From Puniceicoccaceae bacterium (GTDB lineage Bacteria > Verrucomicrobiota > Verrucomicrobiia > Opitutales > Oceanipulchritudinaceae), in the NCBI GenBank assembly GCA_040830765.1, contig JBFOMH010000004.1:238717-302716 (forward strand): DNA of 64,000 nt. The letters run 5' to 3'. Under the pieces are notes generated by a model. The model was not told where the DNA came from. It did not search any database and saw only the letters and a list, made by a program, of their open reading frames with translations. Shown one piece after another: positions 39,321 through 48,656 of the stretch (positions within the stretch are counted from its first letter, which is position 1; every line of letters starts with the position of its first letter). Both the position numbers and the translations under genes were made by a program.

Positions 39321-40322
39321 ATGAATAAGAAAACCCTAATCCTCACCCTTTCCCTGGGTGTTGCGGTCTCCTCGCTGAGTTTCGGTGAGTGGGCCCTCGT
39401 TAATGATTTCAATGAAGCTGCCGATTTGGACAGCGTCATGGATCAGACTAATCAGGAAGGTTCCAATGCCCGCACCGAGCTGGTGGATGGCAAGTTGGCT
39501 GCTTTCCCGGGTGTTGCCCTCGAAAACACTTCCAACCTCTTCGCCGGTGTCGACCTCGGTGTCGACCTCCGTGCTGCTTCAGAAGCTGCTGAAGGCCCGA
39601 TCACGCTTTACTTCCAGCTAATCCAACCGACTGTTTCGGATGGTGCTGGCGGGACCCGCAAGGCGATTCTTGATACCGTTTTCGGTCTGACCCACTTCGA
39701 TCCCGAACAGTGGACCACCGAAACCTACAATTCCTACAATGCCATGGGCCGGATCAACTTCGGCAATGACAATCTCGAAGTTCGCGATGGTGGCTCCTAT
39801 GTAGCGAGCGGCGAAATCCTCCAGGCTGACGTGGTTTACGAACTCTGGCTGGACGTCGACTTCTTCTTCAATGAAGTCCAGATGTACGTCAAGGGTGGCC
39901 AGTGGACGGAGCGCACCATGCTGCTCGGCACAGACGGCAACGAATTCCTCGGCTTCCGTAAGGTTCCGGGCTTCGAAGTTGACGGTACCACCCCGCAGAC
40001 GGTCGATTACTTCCTCATCGCCCTCAGCCGCGGTAACCTCGCTGCTGAAAAGGGTCAGGACCCGACCTACTTCGACAACATCTATGTTGACACCACTGGT
40101 GTGAACGCCACATCCCCGGTTGGCGATGGTGGCGGTTTCGGCATGTGGGGCCCCTGGGAAATCATCGATGAAGCTGGCAACGTCGATACCGGCGCTTGGA
40201 TGGGCTTCGTCAATGTCGCTGCCGACCCCTGGATCTACAGCTATAGCCTCGACCAGTGGCTCTATGTTGATTCCAATGGTATCTCTTCCAGTGGCAGCTG
40301 GGTCTACGTCTTCAACTACTAA
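39321..40322 (+). CDS. Secreted protein of unknown function (beta-sandwich-like body plus C-terminal aromatic domain)
   Basis: Signal peptide MNKKTLILTLSLGVAVSSLSFG; acidic, beta-rich body ending in YFDNIYVD; Gly linker; ~60-aa Trp/Tyr tail. Confidence 0.8.
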   Translation: MNKKTLILTLSLGVAVSSLSFGEWALVNDFNEAADLDSVMDQTNQEGSNARTELVDGKLAAFPGVALENTSNLFAGVDLGVDLRAASEAAEGPITLYFQLIQPTVSDGAGGTRKAILDTVFGLTHFDPEQWTTETYNSYNAMGRINFGNDNLEVRDGGSYVASGEILQADVVYELWLDVDFFFNEVQMYVKGGQWTERTMLLGTDGNEFLGFRKVPGFEVDGTTPQTVDYFLIALSRGNLAAEKGQDPTYFDNIYVDTTGVNATSPVGDGGGFGMWGPWEIIDEAGNVDTGAWMGFVNVAADPWIYSYSLDQWLYVDSNGISSSGSWVYVFNY

Positions 40323-40348
40323 GACCTGAAGCGTTTTATACCTTCTTC

Positions 40349-40385
40349 AAGGCGGCTCCGCGAGGAGCCGCCTTTTTCTTTGTTT
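40349..40385 (+). terminator. Rho-independent terminator after the receptor-partner operon
   Basis: Hairpin AAGGCGGCTCC-GCGA-GGAGCCGCCTT followed by TTTCTTTGTTT. Confidence 0.88.
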
Positions 40386-40426
40386 CAACCAGTTCCCAGG
40401 CACAAATTCCCTTGCCATGGCCGGAA

Positions 40427-40440
40427 TTGATAATTATTAA
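40427..40440. promoter_or_regulatory. Putative operator, copy 5 (TTGATAATTATTAA), upstream of the PL6 gene
   Basis: 13/14 match inside the longer near-palindrome GGAATTGATAATTATTAATTCC; TTGCCA at 40412 is 17 bp from TATTAA. Confidence 0.7.
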
Positions 40441-40448
40441 TTCCAGCC

Positions 40449-43400
40449 ATGAAAACGTCTAACCCTACCCATCCGCTGTCTTCCCCAAAGGCACATTTGA
40501 AAGTCGTCTGGATAACTATCATAAGCCTGATGGTTGCCCATGCGGGACTTGGCCAGGGAGTGCTCCTGGAATCGGACTTCGAGAGCGACACCGCTGGTGC
40601 TCAGCCGGCGGGCAACTGGACATTCTCGCCTTCCAGCAATACAGCTGACAATGGGAGTGTTGTTGTCGACGGGACAACTACGCCATCCAATCCGCTGACT
40701 GGAAAGAGCCTTTACGTGTACGACTTGACCAGTGGCTCCAGTACGCGTGTATACCAGAATCTCAACGACGGGGTAAATGTCTCTGCGGCCCGGGTATCCT
40801 TTGACTTCCAGCGCATGTTCGAGGATGCCAATCCCGATACCCGCGTCCACTTCACGATTGGCCAGGTCAATGCCAGCCTCAACAACTCGGACTTTCGCCT
40901 GTTTGAGGTCCGGATGATGAACAACGGGGACTTCCGGGTGGAGTACTCCCGGGACGGCATGGGTGGAGACCGCGGTTCAGCGGTCGTGGCCTCTTACGAT
41001 ACGGCCAACCCGAACACGCTGGTCCTCTTCATCAATTCCCATGGAACGGAGACGGTTGACTACGATGACGGCAGCCTATCCGGCTCCCTGGCCCCGAACA
41101 TGATGGATGTCTACCTAAACGGTATATCCATCGGCAGCTACTTGACCCTGAAGACGCCGGATCCGGAGGGAGCCCCGCTAGTTGATTTCTGGGCCAGTGA
41201 TGCCGATCTTGGGCAGGTCATGTTCTACCAGGACACGTCGCGGCAAGGTGGGATTGTCTTTGATAACATCGTGGTGACCGAGCTCGCCGTTGGTGGTAGT
41301 GGCGGCGGGCCTGTTGATCCGATTCTCTACATCGACAACTTTGACTTTGAATCCGAGACAGTCGGCCAGCAGCCGGTGATGCCCTTCCCGGCGAGTTTTT
41401 CACCCGGCTCCAACTCATCGACCAACGGTTTTGTCGTCGTTGATGCAACCTCCGATCCGGCCAATCCGATGGATACCGGCAAGGCGCTCTATGCCTACGA
41501 TTTCCATGGGGACCTTTCGACCGGAACATCCTCCCGCATGCAGTTTGATTTTGCTCCCACGAACACGGATAATGTCCGGGTAGATTTCGACTTCCAGCGG
41601 ATGTATGCCGTGGCCGTCGAGGATGAGGATACCCGGATACACGTAACCGTGTGTCCCGCTGGAACCTCCACCAACAATTCCGACTTTCGACCGTTCGAAA
41701 TACGGATTTTGAACAACGGTTCCCTCGTCGTGAATTACAATCCCACAGGTGCCCTGGAAGATGGGCGCGAATCCGAAGTGGTCGCATCCTACGACATTAC
41801 CGGGTCCAACCGCCTCACCTTCCTTGCCAATGGCAACAACGGGGATGCGCTGCCCTATGATGATCCGGAACTGGGGATGGGGGAAGTCCCCGCCAATGCG
41901 ATGGTCCTTTTCCTGAACAACATCAAGGTTGGCGAGTATGGATTTATCAATACACCCGATCCAGCAGCTGCCGCCCAGATAGTTTTCTTTGAAACAACAC
42001 AGGAGCTGGGACGATTCGGCATTTACCAGGACAGCAAGCGCCAGGGGGGAATCGTCTTTGACAACCTTTCCATCCAGGAATTTGCCAAGCTCGGGGCACC
42101 CCTTGCCCCGAGCGACCTCTCGGCAACTGCCACCGGACCCGAATCGATTAACCTCATGTGGACGGATAATTCGGACAACGAAACCGGATTTGTCGTCGAA
42201 ATGCTTGCCGATGCTGAATGGATGGAAGTGGAAGCCATTGCCGCGGATTCGACATCCTACGACGTCACCGGCCTTTCCCCGGAAACAGAATACACTTTCC
42301 GGGTCCGGTCGACCAACGGAACGCTCTCGGAGCCGAGTAATGAGGCAATCGCTACAACTGAGCAGCAGCTGACGCCACTCATCCAGACGGATCCCCAGGG
42401 AGACCTGCTGCCGTCCGGATCCGCCACGACCCTGGCGGTTGTGGCAACCGGGCCAGGTAACCTTGAGTACCAATGGTATGTCGGCCAGAGCGGGGTGACG
42501 ACCGATCCGATCGCCGGGGCCACAGAATCCACTTACACGACACCTGAGCTCACGGCGACAACCGACTATTGGGTCCGGGTGACGAATACCAATGGCTCTG
42601 CTGACTCTGTAACCGCAACCATCGAGGTGTTTGAACCGCGGACGATCCGGATCGTCTCGATTGACCAGCTGAATCTGCTCCTGCCGGATGCCTTGCCGGG
42701 GGACACCTATGTCATTGACGCTGGCACCTATCCGAATACGCAAATCAGCTTTGCCCCGATGGGGACACCCAATGCCCCTGTCACGCTCAAGGCGGAGCGT
42801 CCCGGTGAAGTTATCTTCACCGGCAATTCCTACATCCGGGTCGGCGGGGACTGGAACATCGTCGAGGGCTTCCTTCTCACCGATGGTTGGAACCAGAGTC
42901 TCGACCAGGCGATCAGCTTCCGTACCAGTTCGCGCCAAGCCACCAACAGCCGGGTCACGAACTGCGCCATTATCGACTACAGTCCACCCAATCCGGCCAC
43001 GGATACGGACTGGGTCGGCATGTACGGGGTAAACAACCGGTTCGATCACAATCTCCTTTCGGGACACAGCAACAAGGGGGTCACCCTGGTCGTCTGGCGC
43101 AATCCCGGCAAGGAGGACCACCACATGATCGATCACAACCACTTCCGGTATCGCGGTAATGGCGGTGGAGAGAACGGCTGGGAGACCATCCGGATCGGGA
43201 CCAGCGGCGACTCGCTCAGCTCCTCCTACTGTGTCGTCCAGTACAACCTGTTTGAGGAATGCGACGGGGAAGTGGAGATCATCTCCAACAAGTCCGGTCA
43301 TAACATTTATCGTTACAATACCTTCTGGCGCAGCCAGGGAATGCTGACCCTGCGGCATGGCGATAACTGCCTTATTGAGGGGAACATTTTCCTCGGGGAA

Positions 43401-44357
43401 GGTGTCTCCAACACAGGAGGAATCCGGGTGATTGGAGAAAACCATACCATTATCAATAATTACATCGAAGGAACCACCGGACGGCAGGACGCGGCCATAC
43501 CGGTTTATGCCGGTGTGCCCAATTCTCCCCTGAACCGGTACTTCGTGGCCGACAACGCCTACATCGCCCATAACACGATTGTCGATGTAATAGGTGCCCA
43601 CGTTCTCATCGGGGCCGGATTCGGCACCAGCGACAGAACCGTTCTGCCCACCGGCGTGGTTGTGGAAAACAACCTCTTCGCGCAAAGGAACACCACTTCA
43701 AGCACCTACAAGGGCCCCGCCGCCGATGGTGAGGCGGTTCTTGATGCCACTTACTCTGGTAACATTGCCTCCTCGGTCTTCACAGGACCTCCCGCTTCCG
43801 GGATCGATGAAATATCGGTGCCGTTTACCTATGGCTCCTTCGGACTCCTTCGTCCCGAATCTGGCAGTGCGGTTGTAGACGCCGCGATTGGCTCCACCAC
43901 CGAGCTTGACCTTGATGGTCAAACCCGGGACGCCAACCCGGATGTTGGAGCGGATGAACTCGTGGAAACACCCGGGGTCAACGAGGGCGGTCCAATCCAG
44001 CCCCTGCAGACCGGACCGGACTGGCGCGAGATGGTTGACACCTCACCGCCATGGGTGGGGCCGGCCTTGCGCGCCGGAAGGGCCCTCCAGTCATCCTGGT
44101 TCGGGACCTTCTACATCGGTGGCAATGACTGGGTCTACCAGCCCACGATTGCCTGGGTCTATGTTGGTGCCATCAGTTCCACCGACAGCATGTGGTTCTG
44201 GAGTGATGTCCTTCAGTCCTGGACATGGACGAACAAGGATTACTTCCCCATCTTCTACGATGCCACGCGGGAAGCGTGGGTCTATTACGTGGCTGCTGCC
44301 GGTGGCGGCGCTTACCTCTTCGATTATTCTCAGGGAGCCTGGACCTTTGTCCCTTGA
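40449..44357 (+). CDS. Secreted multimodular PL6 polysaccharide lyase (alginate lyase/chondroitinase B family)
   Basis: Signal peptide, two tandem ~245-aa repeats, Fn3 (PSDL.A...LMWTDNSDNETGF), Ig-like domain (YQWY), PL6 beta-helix (NG.ETIRIG, EIISNKS, LTLRHG, GGIRV) and a ~100-aa aromatic tail. Confidence 0.88.
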   Translation: MKTSNPTHPLSSPKAHLKVVWITIISLMVAHAGLGQGVLLESDFESDTAGAQPAGNWTFSPSSNTADNGSVVVDGTTTPSNPLTGKSLYVYDLTSGSSTRVYQNLNDGVNVSAARVSFDFQRMFEDANPDTRVHFTIGQVNASLNNSDFRLFEVRMMNNGDFRVEYSRDGMGGDRGSAVVASYDTANPNTLVLFINSHGTETVDYDDGSLSGSLAPNMMDVYLNGISIGSYLTLKTPDPEGAPLVDFWASDADLGQVMFYQDTSRQGGIVFDNIVVTELAVGGSGGGPVDPILYIDNFDFESETVGQQPVMPFPASFSPGSNSSTNGFVVVDATSDPANPMDTGKALYAYDFHGDLSTGTSSRMQFDFAPTNTDNVRVDFDFQRMYAVAVEDEDTRIHVTVCPAGTSTNNSDFRPFEIRILNNGSLVVNYNPTGALEDGRESEVVASYDITGSNRLTFLANGNNGDALPYDDPELGMGEVPANAMVLFLNNIKVGEYGFINTPDPAAAAQIVFFETTQELGRFGIYQDSKRQGGIVFDNLSIQEFAKLGAPLAPSDLSATATGPESINLMWTDNSDNETGFVVEMLADAEWMEVEAIAADSTSYDVTGLSPETEYTFRVRSTNGTLSEPSNEAIATTEQQLTPLIQTDPQGDLLPSGSATTLAVVATGPGNLEYQWYVGQSGVTTDPIAGATESTYTTPELTATTDYWVRVTNTNGSADSVTATIEVFEPRTIRIVSIDQLNLLLPDALPGDTYVIDAGTYPNTQISFAPMGTPNAPVTLKAERPGEVIFTGNSYIRVGGDWNIVEGFLLTDGWNQSLDQAISFRTSSRQATNSRVTNCAIIDYSPPNPATDTDWVGMYGVNNRFDHNLLSGHSNKGVTLVVWRNPGKEDHHMIDHNHFRYRGNGGGENGWETIRIGTSGDSLSSSYCVVQYNLFEECDGEVEIISNKSGHNIYRYNTFWRSQGMLTLRHGDNCLIEGNIFLGEGVSNTGGIRVIGENHTIINNYIEGTTGRQDAAIPVYAGVPNSPLNRYFVADNAYIAHNTIVDVIGAHVLIGAGFGTSDRTVLPTGVVVENNLFAQRNTTSSTYKGPAADGEAVLDATYSGNIASSVFTGPPASGIDEISVPFTYGSFGLLRPESGSAVVDAAIGSTTELDLDGQTRDANPDVGADELVETPGVNEGGPIQPLQTGPDWREMVDTSPPWVGPALRAGRALQSSWFGTFYIGGNDWVYQPTIAWVYVGAISSTDSMWFWSDVLQSWTWTNKDYFPIFYDATREAWVYYVAAAGGGAYLFDYSQGAWTFVP
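40560..42083 (+). repeat. Tandem duplication of a ~245-aa domain inside the PL6 gene (copies ~40560-41285 and ~41322-42083)
   Basis: Both copies contain DFES, FSP.SN...NG.VVVD.T..P.NP, FDFQRM, DTR.H.T, NNSDFR.FE.R..NNG, VVASYD, TPDP and YQD..RQGGIVFDN. Confidence 0.9.
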
Positions 44358-44361
44358 TACC

Positions 44362-46107
44362 ATGAGAAAATCCTTTTTCCAGAACCCGGGTGCCAGACGC
44401 ACCCGGGTCCTTTTTAGCGGATGCCTGCTTTGGGGCTGCTCCCTTGTGCAGGGTTCCGTCGCCGATCTGGAGGCAATAGCCGCCCCCATGAACAGCATTT
44501 TCATCCGGTGGACCGACCAGACTGCCGATGAAACAGGGTTTCGTATCGAGCGCTCGCCGGATGGAGCAACCTTTAGCGAAGTAGCGGTTGCCCCGCCGGA
44601 TAGCACCGCCTACACCGATTCCGGGCTTCTCCCCGCACAGTCATATAACTATCGGGTCACCGCCTTGTCCGGTACCACCCCCACGGGTAGTGAAGTCACC
44701 GCGACAAGCCTTCCCGCCTGGGAAATTCCCGTACCCCAAATCGGCCTTTCGCGGGTCGGACCGGAGGCCTTTCAGATGGAGCTTTCGGGGGATGGGGCAA
44801 CTTATACGATTCAGGAATCCACCGACTTGTCTACCTGGCAAGACTCCGGCAATGGCGGGTTCCTCGAAGCCGGGGAAGCGGTGAGCCTCGATTTTTCAGC
44901 AAGTGCCATCCCGCGGTTCTACAGGACATCCGCGCACACCTACGAGCGTCCTGCTGCCGGTGCCATCGGCCTTTCCATGCCGTTTGCCATACCTCCTGAG
45001 CCGACTGGCGAAGTCTGGGATGTCACCCTGTTCGGGGCCTCGCCGGCCAACCTCAATTCCACCAACGATGATGCCATTGCCATCAAGGTGGCCATCAGTA
45101 TCGCCGAACCGGGGGACATCATTCTCATTCCGGAGGGAACGTATACCATTCGCCAGACGCTGGAGCTCCCCTCCGACATCACCCTGAGAGGGGCCGGCAT
45201 GGATGCCACAACTCTTGTCACGGAAGGTGTGGAGCGGGCCGTGGTGGTTCCGCCGGAAGCCCATGATATCCGCATTGAGGGCTTCAGTATCACCTACCTC
45301 GGGGAAACCGAGGAGCTGCTGCATGGCGTGTATGTAGGAAGTTCCCGGCAAGGCCGGAACAGCTACCGGATTCTGATCGATGGACTTCGCATTGAGCGCT
45401 TTTCCGTGCACGGGGTATCGCTCCGGGATTGTCACCATGTGCTGGTCCAGAATTGTGAGATGCTGAATGCGACCAACCTCGGTGGCGGCGGGCATGGGTA
45501 TGGTATTGCCCTGAACTATCCGACCAACAACAACAACTGGATCCGCAATAACACCATTGGCCCCGTCATCAGGCACGCCATCCTTATCCAGTACTATTCC
45601 CACAACAACCTGGTGGAGGATAATCTCGCCATTGAGAACACCGAGGATGCCTACGATCTCCACGGGGAGGACGAGTATGCCAATGAATTGCGATTCAATA
45701 TTGCCCGTGACGGCGATCGGGACGGCTTCGGGGTGGGGAACACCGGATCCACCCATGATCGCAGCGGGCCCAACAACTGGATTCACCATAATACGGTCGA
45801 GAATTCCCGCTCCGGGGTGGAAATCTATCAGGGCTCGGACATTGTCTACGTCGACAAGAACATATTTACCGGGAATGAGTATGGCATCCGGGTCTACGGA
45901 CTTGGTGGAAAGCACCTCTACCTCCGCGGCAATACCCTCGACGGCAACCAGACCGGGGTGACCCTGGAAAACGCCCGCTGGATCTGGTTGCTGGACAACC
46001 ATATAGCGAATAGCTCCCGGTACGGGATCGAGGTCAAAAGCGGTGTTTCCGACCTTGTCGACGAGGGCAACATCCTCACCGGCAATGCCCAGGACTACTT
46101 CCCTTGA
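44362..46107 (+). CDS. Secreted Fn3 + right-handed beta-helix protein (Pectate_lyase_3-type N-cap), putative polysaccharide-modifying enzyme
   Basis: Signal-like N-terminus; Fn3 WTDQTADETGFRIERS; DVTLFGA...DDA.AI..AI; IPEGTY; ITLRGAG; Asn-ladder repeats. ATG at 44362 follows the PL6 stop; the ORF-track start at 43888 is an overlap artefact. Confidence 0.8.
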   Translation: MRKSFFQNPGARRTRVLFSGCLLWGCSLVQGSVADLEAIAAPMNSIFIRWTDQTADETGFRIERSPDGATFSEVAVAPPDSTAYTDSGLLPAQSYNYRVTALSGTTPTGSEVTATSLPAWEIPVPQIGLSRVGPEAFQMELSGDGATYTIQESTDLSTWQDSGNGGFLEAGEAVSLDFSASAIPRFYRTSAHTYERPAAGAIGLSMPFAIPPEPTGEVWDVTLFGASPANLNSTNDDAIAIKVAISIAEPGDIILIPEGTYTIRQTLELPSDITLRGAGMDATTLVTEGVERAVVVPPEAHDIRIEGFSITYLGETEELLHGVYVGSSRQGRNSYRILIDGLRIERFSVHGVSLRDCHHVLVQNCEMLNATNLGGGGHGYGIALNYPTNNNNWIRNNTIGPVIRHAILIQYYSHNNLVEDNLAIENTEDAYDLHGEDEYANELRFNIARDGDRDGFGVGNTGSTHDRSGPNNWIHHNTVENSRSGVEIYQGSDIVYVDKNIFTGNEYGIRVYGLGGKHLYLRGNTLDGNQTGVTLENARWIWLLDNHIANSSRYGIEVKSGVSDLVDEGNILTGNAQDYFP

Positions 46108-46226
46108 TCCGGACTCTGGTGATTTCCGGCAAGATTCTTTGTTTTGGGTTTGCCAACAGGTAGCGATACGGTTTCTGCTGGACTCCCGTTGGCGGGCAAT
46201 GCCTCCAACCGCAACGGAGTCCTTAA

Positions 46227-47843
46227 ATGGCTGAAAAAAAGAGTATCAAACACATATTTGTCACGGGAGGTGTGGTCTCTTCCCTCGGGAAGGGCCTGAC
46301 GGCGGCGGCGCTTGGAGCGCTGCTCGAACAGCGGGGCTTGAAAATCAAGCTGCAGAAGTTCGATCCGTATTTGAATGTTGATCCGGGGACCATGAATCCC
46401 TTCCAGCACGGTGAAGTCTACGTCCTCGATGACGGTTCAGAGACCGACCTCGACCTGGGACATTACGAGCGTTTCACCAGTGGCAAGCTGAGCTACGACA
46501 ACAACCTTACCTCTGGCCAGATTTACGATACCATCCTCAAGAGGGAACGCCGGGGCGATTTCCTCGGCCAGACCATCCAGGTCATTCCCCACGTCACCAA
46601 CGAGATCCAGTCCCGCTTCGAGGCCAATGCCACCGACGAGGATGTGATCATCACGGAGATTGGGGGAACCGTGGGAGACATTGAAGGCCTGCCATTCCTC
46701 GAGGCCATGCGCCAGTTCAGCCTCGATCGGGGCCATGGCAATGTGATGTTCCTGCATGTCACGCTCATTCCCTACCTGAACGCCGCCGGAGAACTGAAGA
46801 CCAAGCCGACCCAGCAGAGTGTCGCCCGCCTGCGTGAGATCGGGATCCAGCCGGACGTATTGGTCTGTCGTACGGAAAAGACGATGGCCAAGGAGCTGCG
46901 GCAGAAGCTGAGCATGTTCTGTAATGTACCCGTGGAGGCGGTCATCGAGGAAAAGGATGTTGAGACCTCTATTTACGAAGTTCCCCTGATGCTGGAGAAC
47001 GAAGGTGTCGACCAGCTCGTCTTGAAGCACTTCGGGCTCGACCATTTACCGCAGTTGGAGAACGGATGGGACAACGTGGTCCGGATCCTCCGCTATCCCA
47101 AGCACCGGGTGGACATTGCGGTGGTCGGTAAGTACATCGAGCTCCAGGATGCCTACAAGAGCGTCTACGAAAGCCTCGTCCACGGGGGAATTGCCAATGA
47201 TTGCGCCGTGGAAATACACCGGATTGACTCCGAGAAACTGGAGGAATCCGGCAATTACGATCAGCTTTTGGGTGTCGATGGCATCCTTGTCCCGGGGGGC
47301 TTCGGTTCCCGCGGTATCGAGGGTAAGATTGAGGCGGTCCGTATCGCCCGGGAGAAGGGCATTCCGTACTTTGGTCTGTGCCTTGGGATGCAGGTGGCGG
47401 TGATCGAGTTTGCCCGCAACATGGCCGGCATGACCGGAGCCCACAGTGGCGAGTTTGACGAGGAGACGCCTTATCCGGTGATTGATTTGATGCCTGAGCA
47501 GAAGGATGTTGTCGACAAGGGTGCGACCATGCGTCTGGGCGCCTATCCCTGCCAGCTCAAGGAAGGAACCATTAGTTCCAAGGCTTATGGGGAAGCACTC
47601 ATCAGCGAACGCCACCGGCACCGCTACGAGTTTAACAATGACCATCAGGAAGCACTGGAAGCGGCTGGCCTGGTCGTGGCCGGGATCAATCCGGACCGTA
47701 ACCTGGTGGAAATCGTGGAAAATCCCAACCACCCATGGTTTGTCGGGGTCCAGTTCCACCCCGAGTTCCAGAGCAAGCCCCGGCAGGCACACCCGCTCTT
47801 CGCCAGCTTCATCACCGCCGCCCTGGCTCGGCGAGGAAGGTAA
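46227..47843 (+). CDS. pyrG: CTP synthase
   Basis: Motifs [45 protein letters not shown] and QFHPEF. Confidence 0.98.
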   Translation: MAEKKSIKHIFVTGGVVSSLGKGLTAAALGALLEQRGLKIKLQKFDPYLNVDPGTMNPFQHGEVYVLDDGSETDLDLGHYERFTSGKLSYDNNLTSGQIYDTILKRERRGDFLGQTIQVIPHVTNEIQSRFEANATDEDVIITEIGGTVGDIEGLPFLEAMRQFSLDRGHGNVMFLHVTLIPYLNAAGELKTKPTQQSVARLREIGIQPDVLVCRTEKTMAKELRQKLSMFCNVPVEAVIEEKDVETSIYEVPLMLENEGVDQLVLKHFGLDHLPQLENGWDNVVRILRYPKHRVDIAVVGKYIELQDAYKSVYESLVHGGIANDCAVEIHRIDSEKLEESGNYDQLLGVDGILVPGGFGSRGIEGKIEAVRIAREKGIPYFGLCLGMQVAVIEFARNMAGMTGAHSGEFDEETPYPVIDLMPEQKDVVDKGATMRLGAYPCQLKEGTISSKAYGEALISERHRHRYEFNNDHQEALEAAGLVVAGINPDRNLVEIVENPNHPWFVGVQFHPEFQSKPRQAHPLFASFITAALARRGR

Positions 47844-47846
47844 GAC

Positions 47847-48641
47847 ATGCCCCTTTTTGATCCCGATAAGCTCCTTTTGATCGCCGGCCCCTGTATGCTG
47901 GAATCCGAGGAGGTCTGTCAGGCCGTTGCGGAAAAACTGGCCGCCCTGCGGGACACCCGGCCTGAGCTTCAGATCGTTTTCAAGGGCTCTTTCGACAAGG
48001 CCAACCGGACTTCGCTTACCTCACCGCGTGGTCCGGGCCTGGAGGATGGCCTGGCCATGTTGCAGGCCATCAAGGATACATACGGCTTTCCGCTCTTGAC
48101 GGACTTTCACACGGCAGAGCAGGCCCCTGTTGCCGGATCTGTTGTCGATGTCCTGCAAGTCCCTGCCTTTCTATGCCGCCAGACAGACCTGCTGGTCGCC
48201 GCTGCCCGTACAGGCAAGGTGGTCAACGTCAAGAAAGGCCAGTTCCTTAGTCCACAGGAAATGCGCTATGTGGTGGACAAGCTGGAAAGCTCCGATGCCA
48301 CGGAGATCTGGCTCACTGAGCGGGGAACCACCTTCGGGTACCAGAACCTGGTGGTCGATATGCGTAACTTCCCGCAACTTTCCGCCTATGGCCATCCGGT
48401 CATTATGGATGCCACCCACAGTGTGCAGATGCCGGGAGCCGGGGAGGGGACAACCTCCGGCAAACGGGAATTTGTTCCCCCACTGGCCCGCGCGGCCATG
48501 GCGGCCGGGGCCAATGGGCTCTTTGTCGAGACGCATCCGGAACCTGCCGAGGCGCTCTCGGATGGCCCGAACCAAGTACCGCTGGCCGAGCTGCCTCAGG
48601 TTGTGGAATCGGTCCTCAAGGTCTGGCAGGCCGTGCGTTGA
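47847..48641 (+). CDS. kdsA: 3-deoxy-8-phosphooctulonate (KDO8P) synthase
   Basis: Motifs [37 protein letters not shown] and DATHSVQ.P; follows pyrG. Confidence 0.96.
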   Translation: MPLFDPDKLLLIAGPCMLESEEVCQAVAEKLAALRDTRPELQIVFKGSFDKANRTSLTSPRGPGLEDGLAMLQAIKDTYGFPLLTDFHTAEQAPVAGSVVDVLQVPAFLCRQTDLLVAAARTGKVVNVKKGQFLSPQEMRYVVDKLESSDATEIWLTERGTTFGYQNLVVDMRNFPQLSAYGHPVIMDATHSVQMPGAGEGTTSGKREFVPPLARAAMAAGANGLFVETHPEPAEALSDGPNQVPLAELPQVVESVLKVWQAVR

Positions 48642-48656
48642 GGTAAGCTGACCGGA

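Noticed and set aside
41415..43685. 756-aa minus-strand ORF
   Set aside because: It is an antisense shadow of the PL6 gene with no domain signal.
43888..44361. Apparent 158-aa N-terminal extension of the beta-helix protein overlapping PL6 (possible frameshift fusion)
   Set aside because: The extension is an alternative-frame read of the PL6 3' end. A clean ATG with a signal-like peptide lies at 44362, and PL6 ends in an intact tail.
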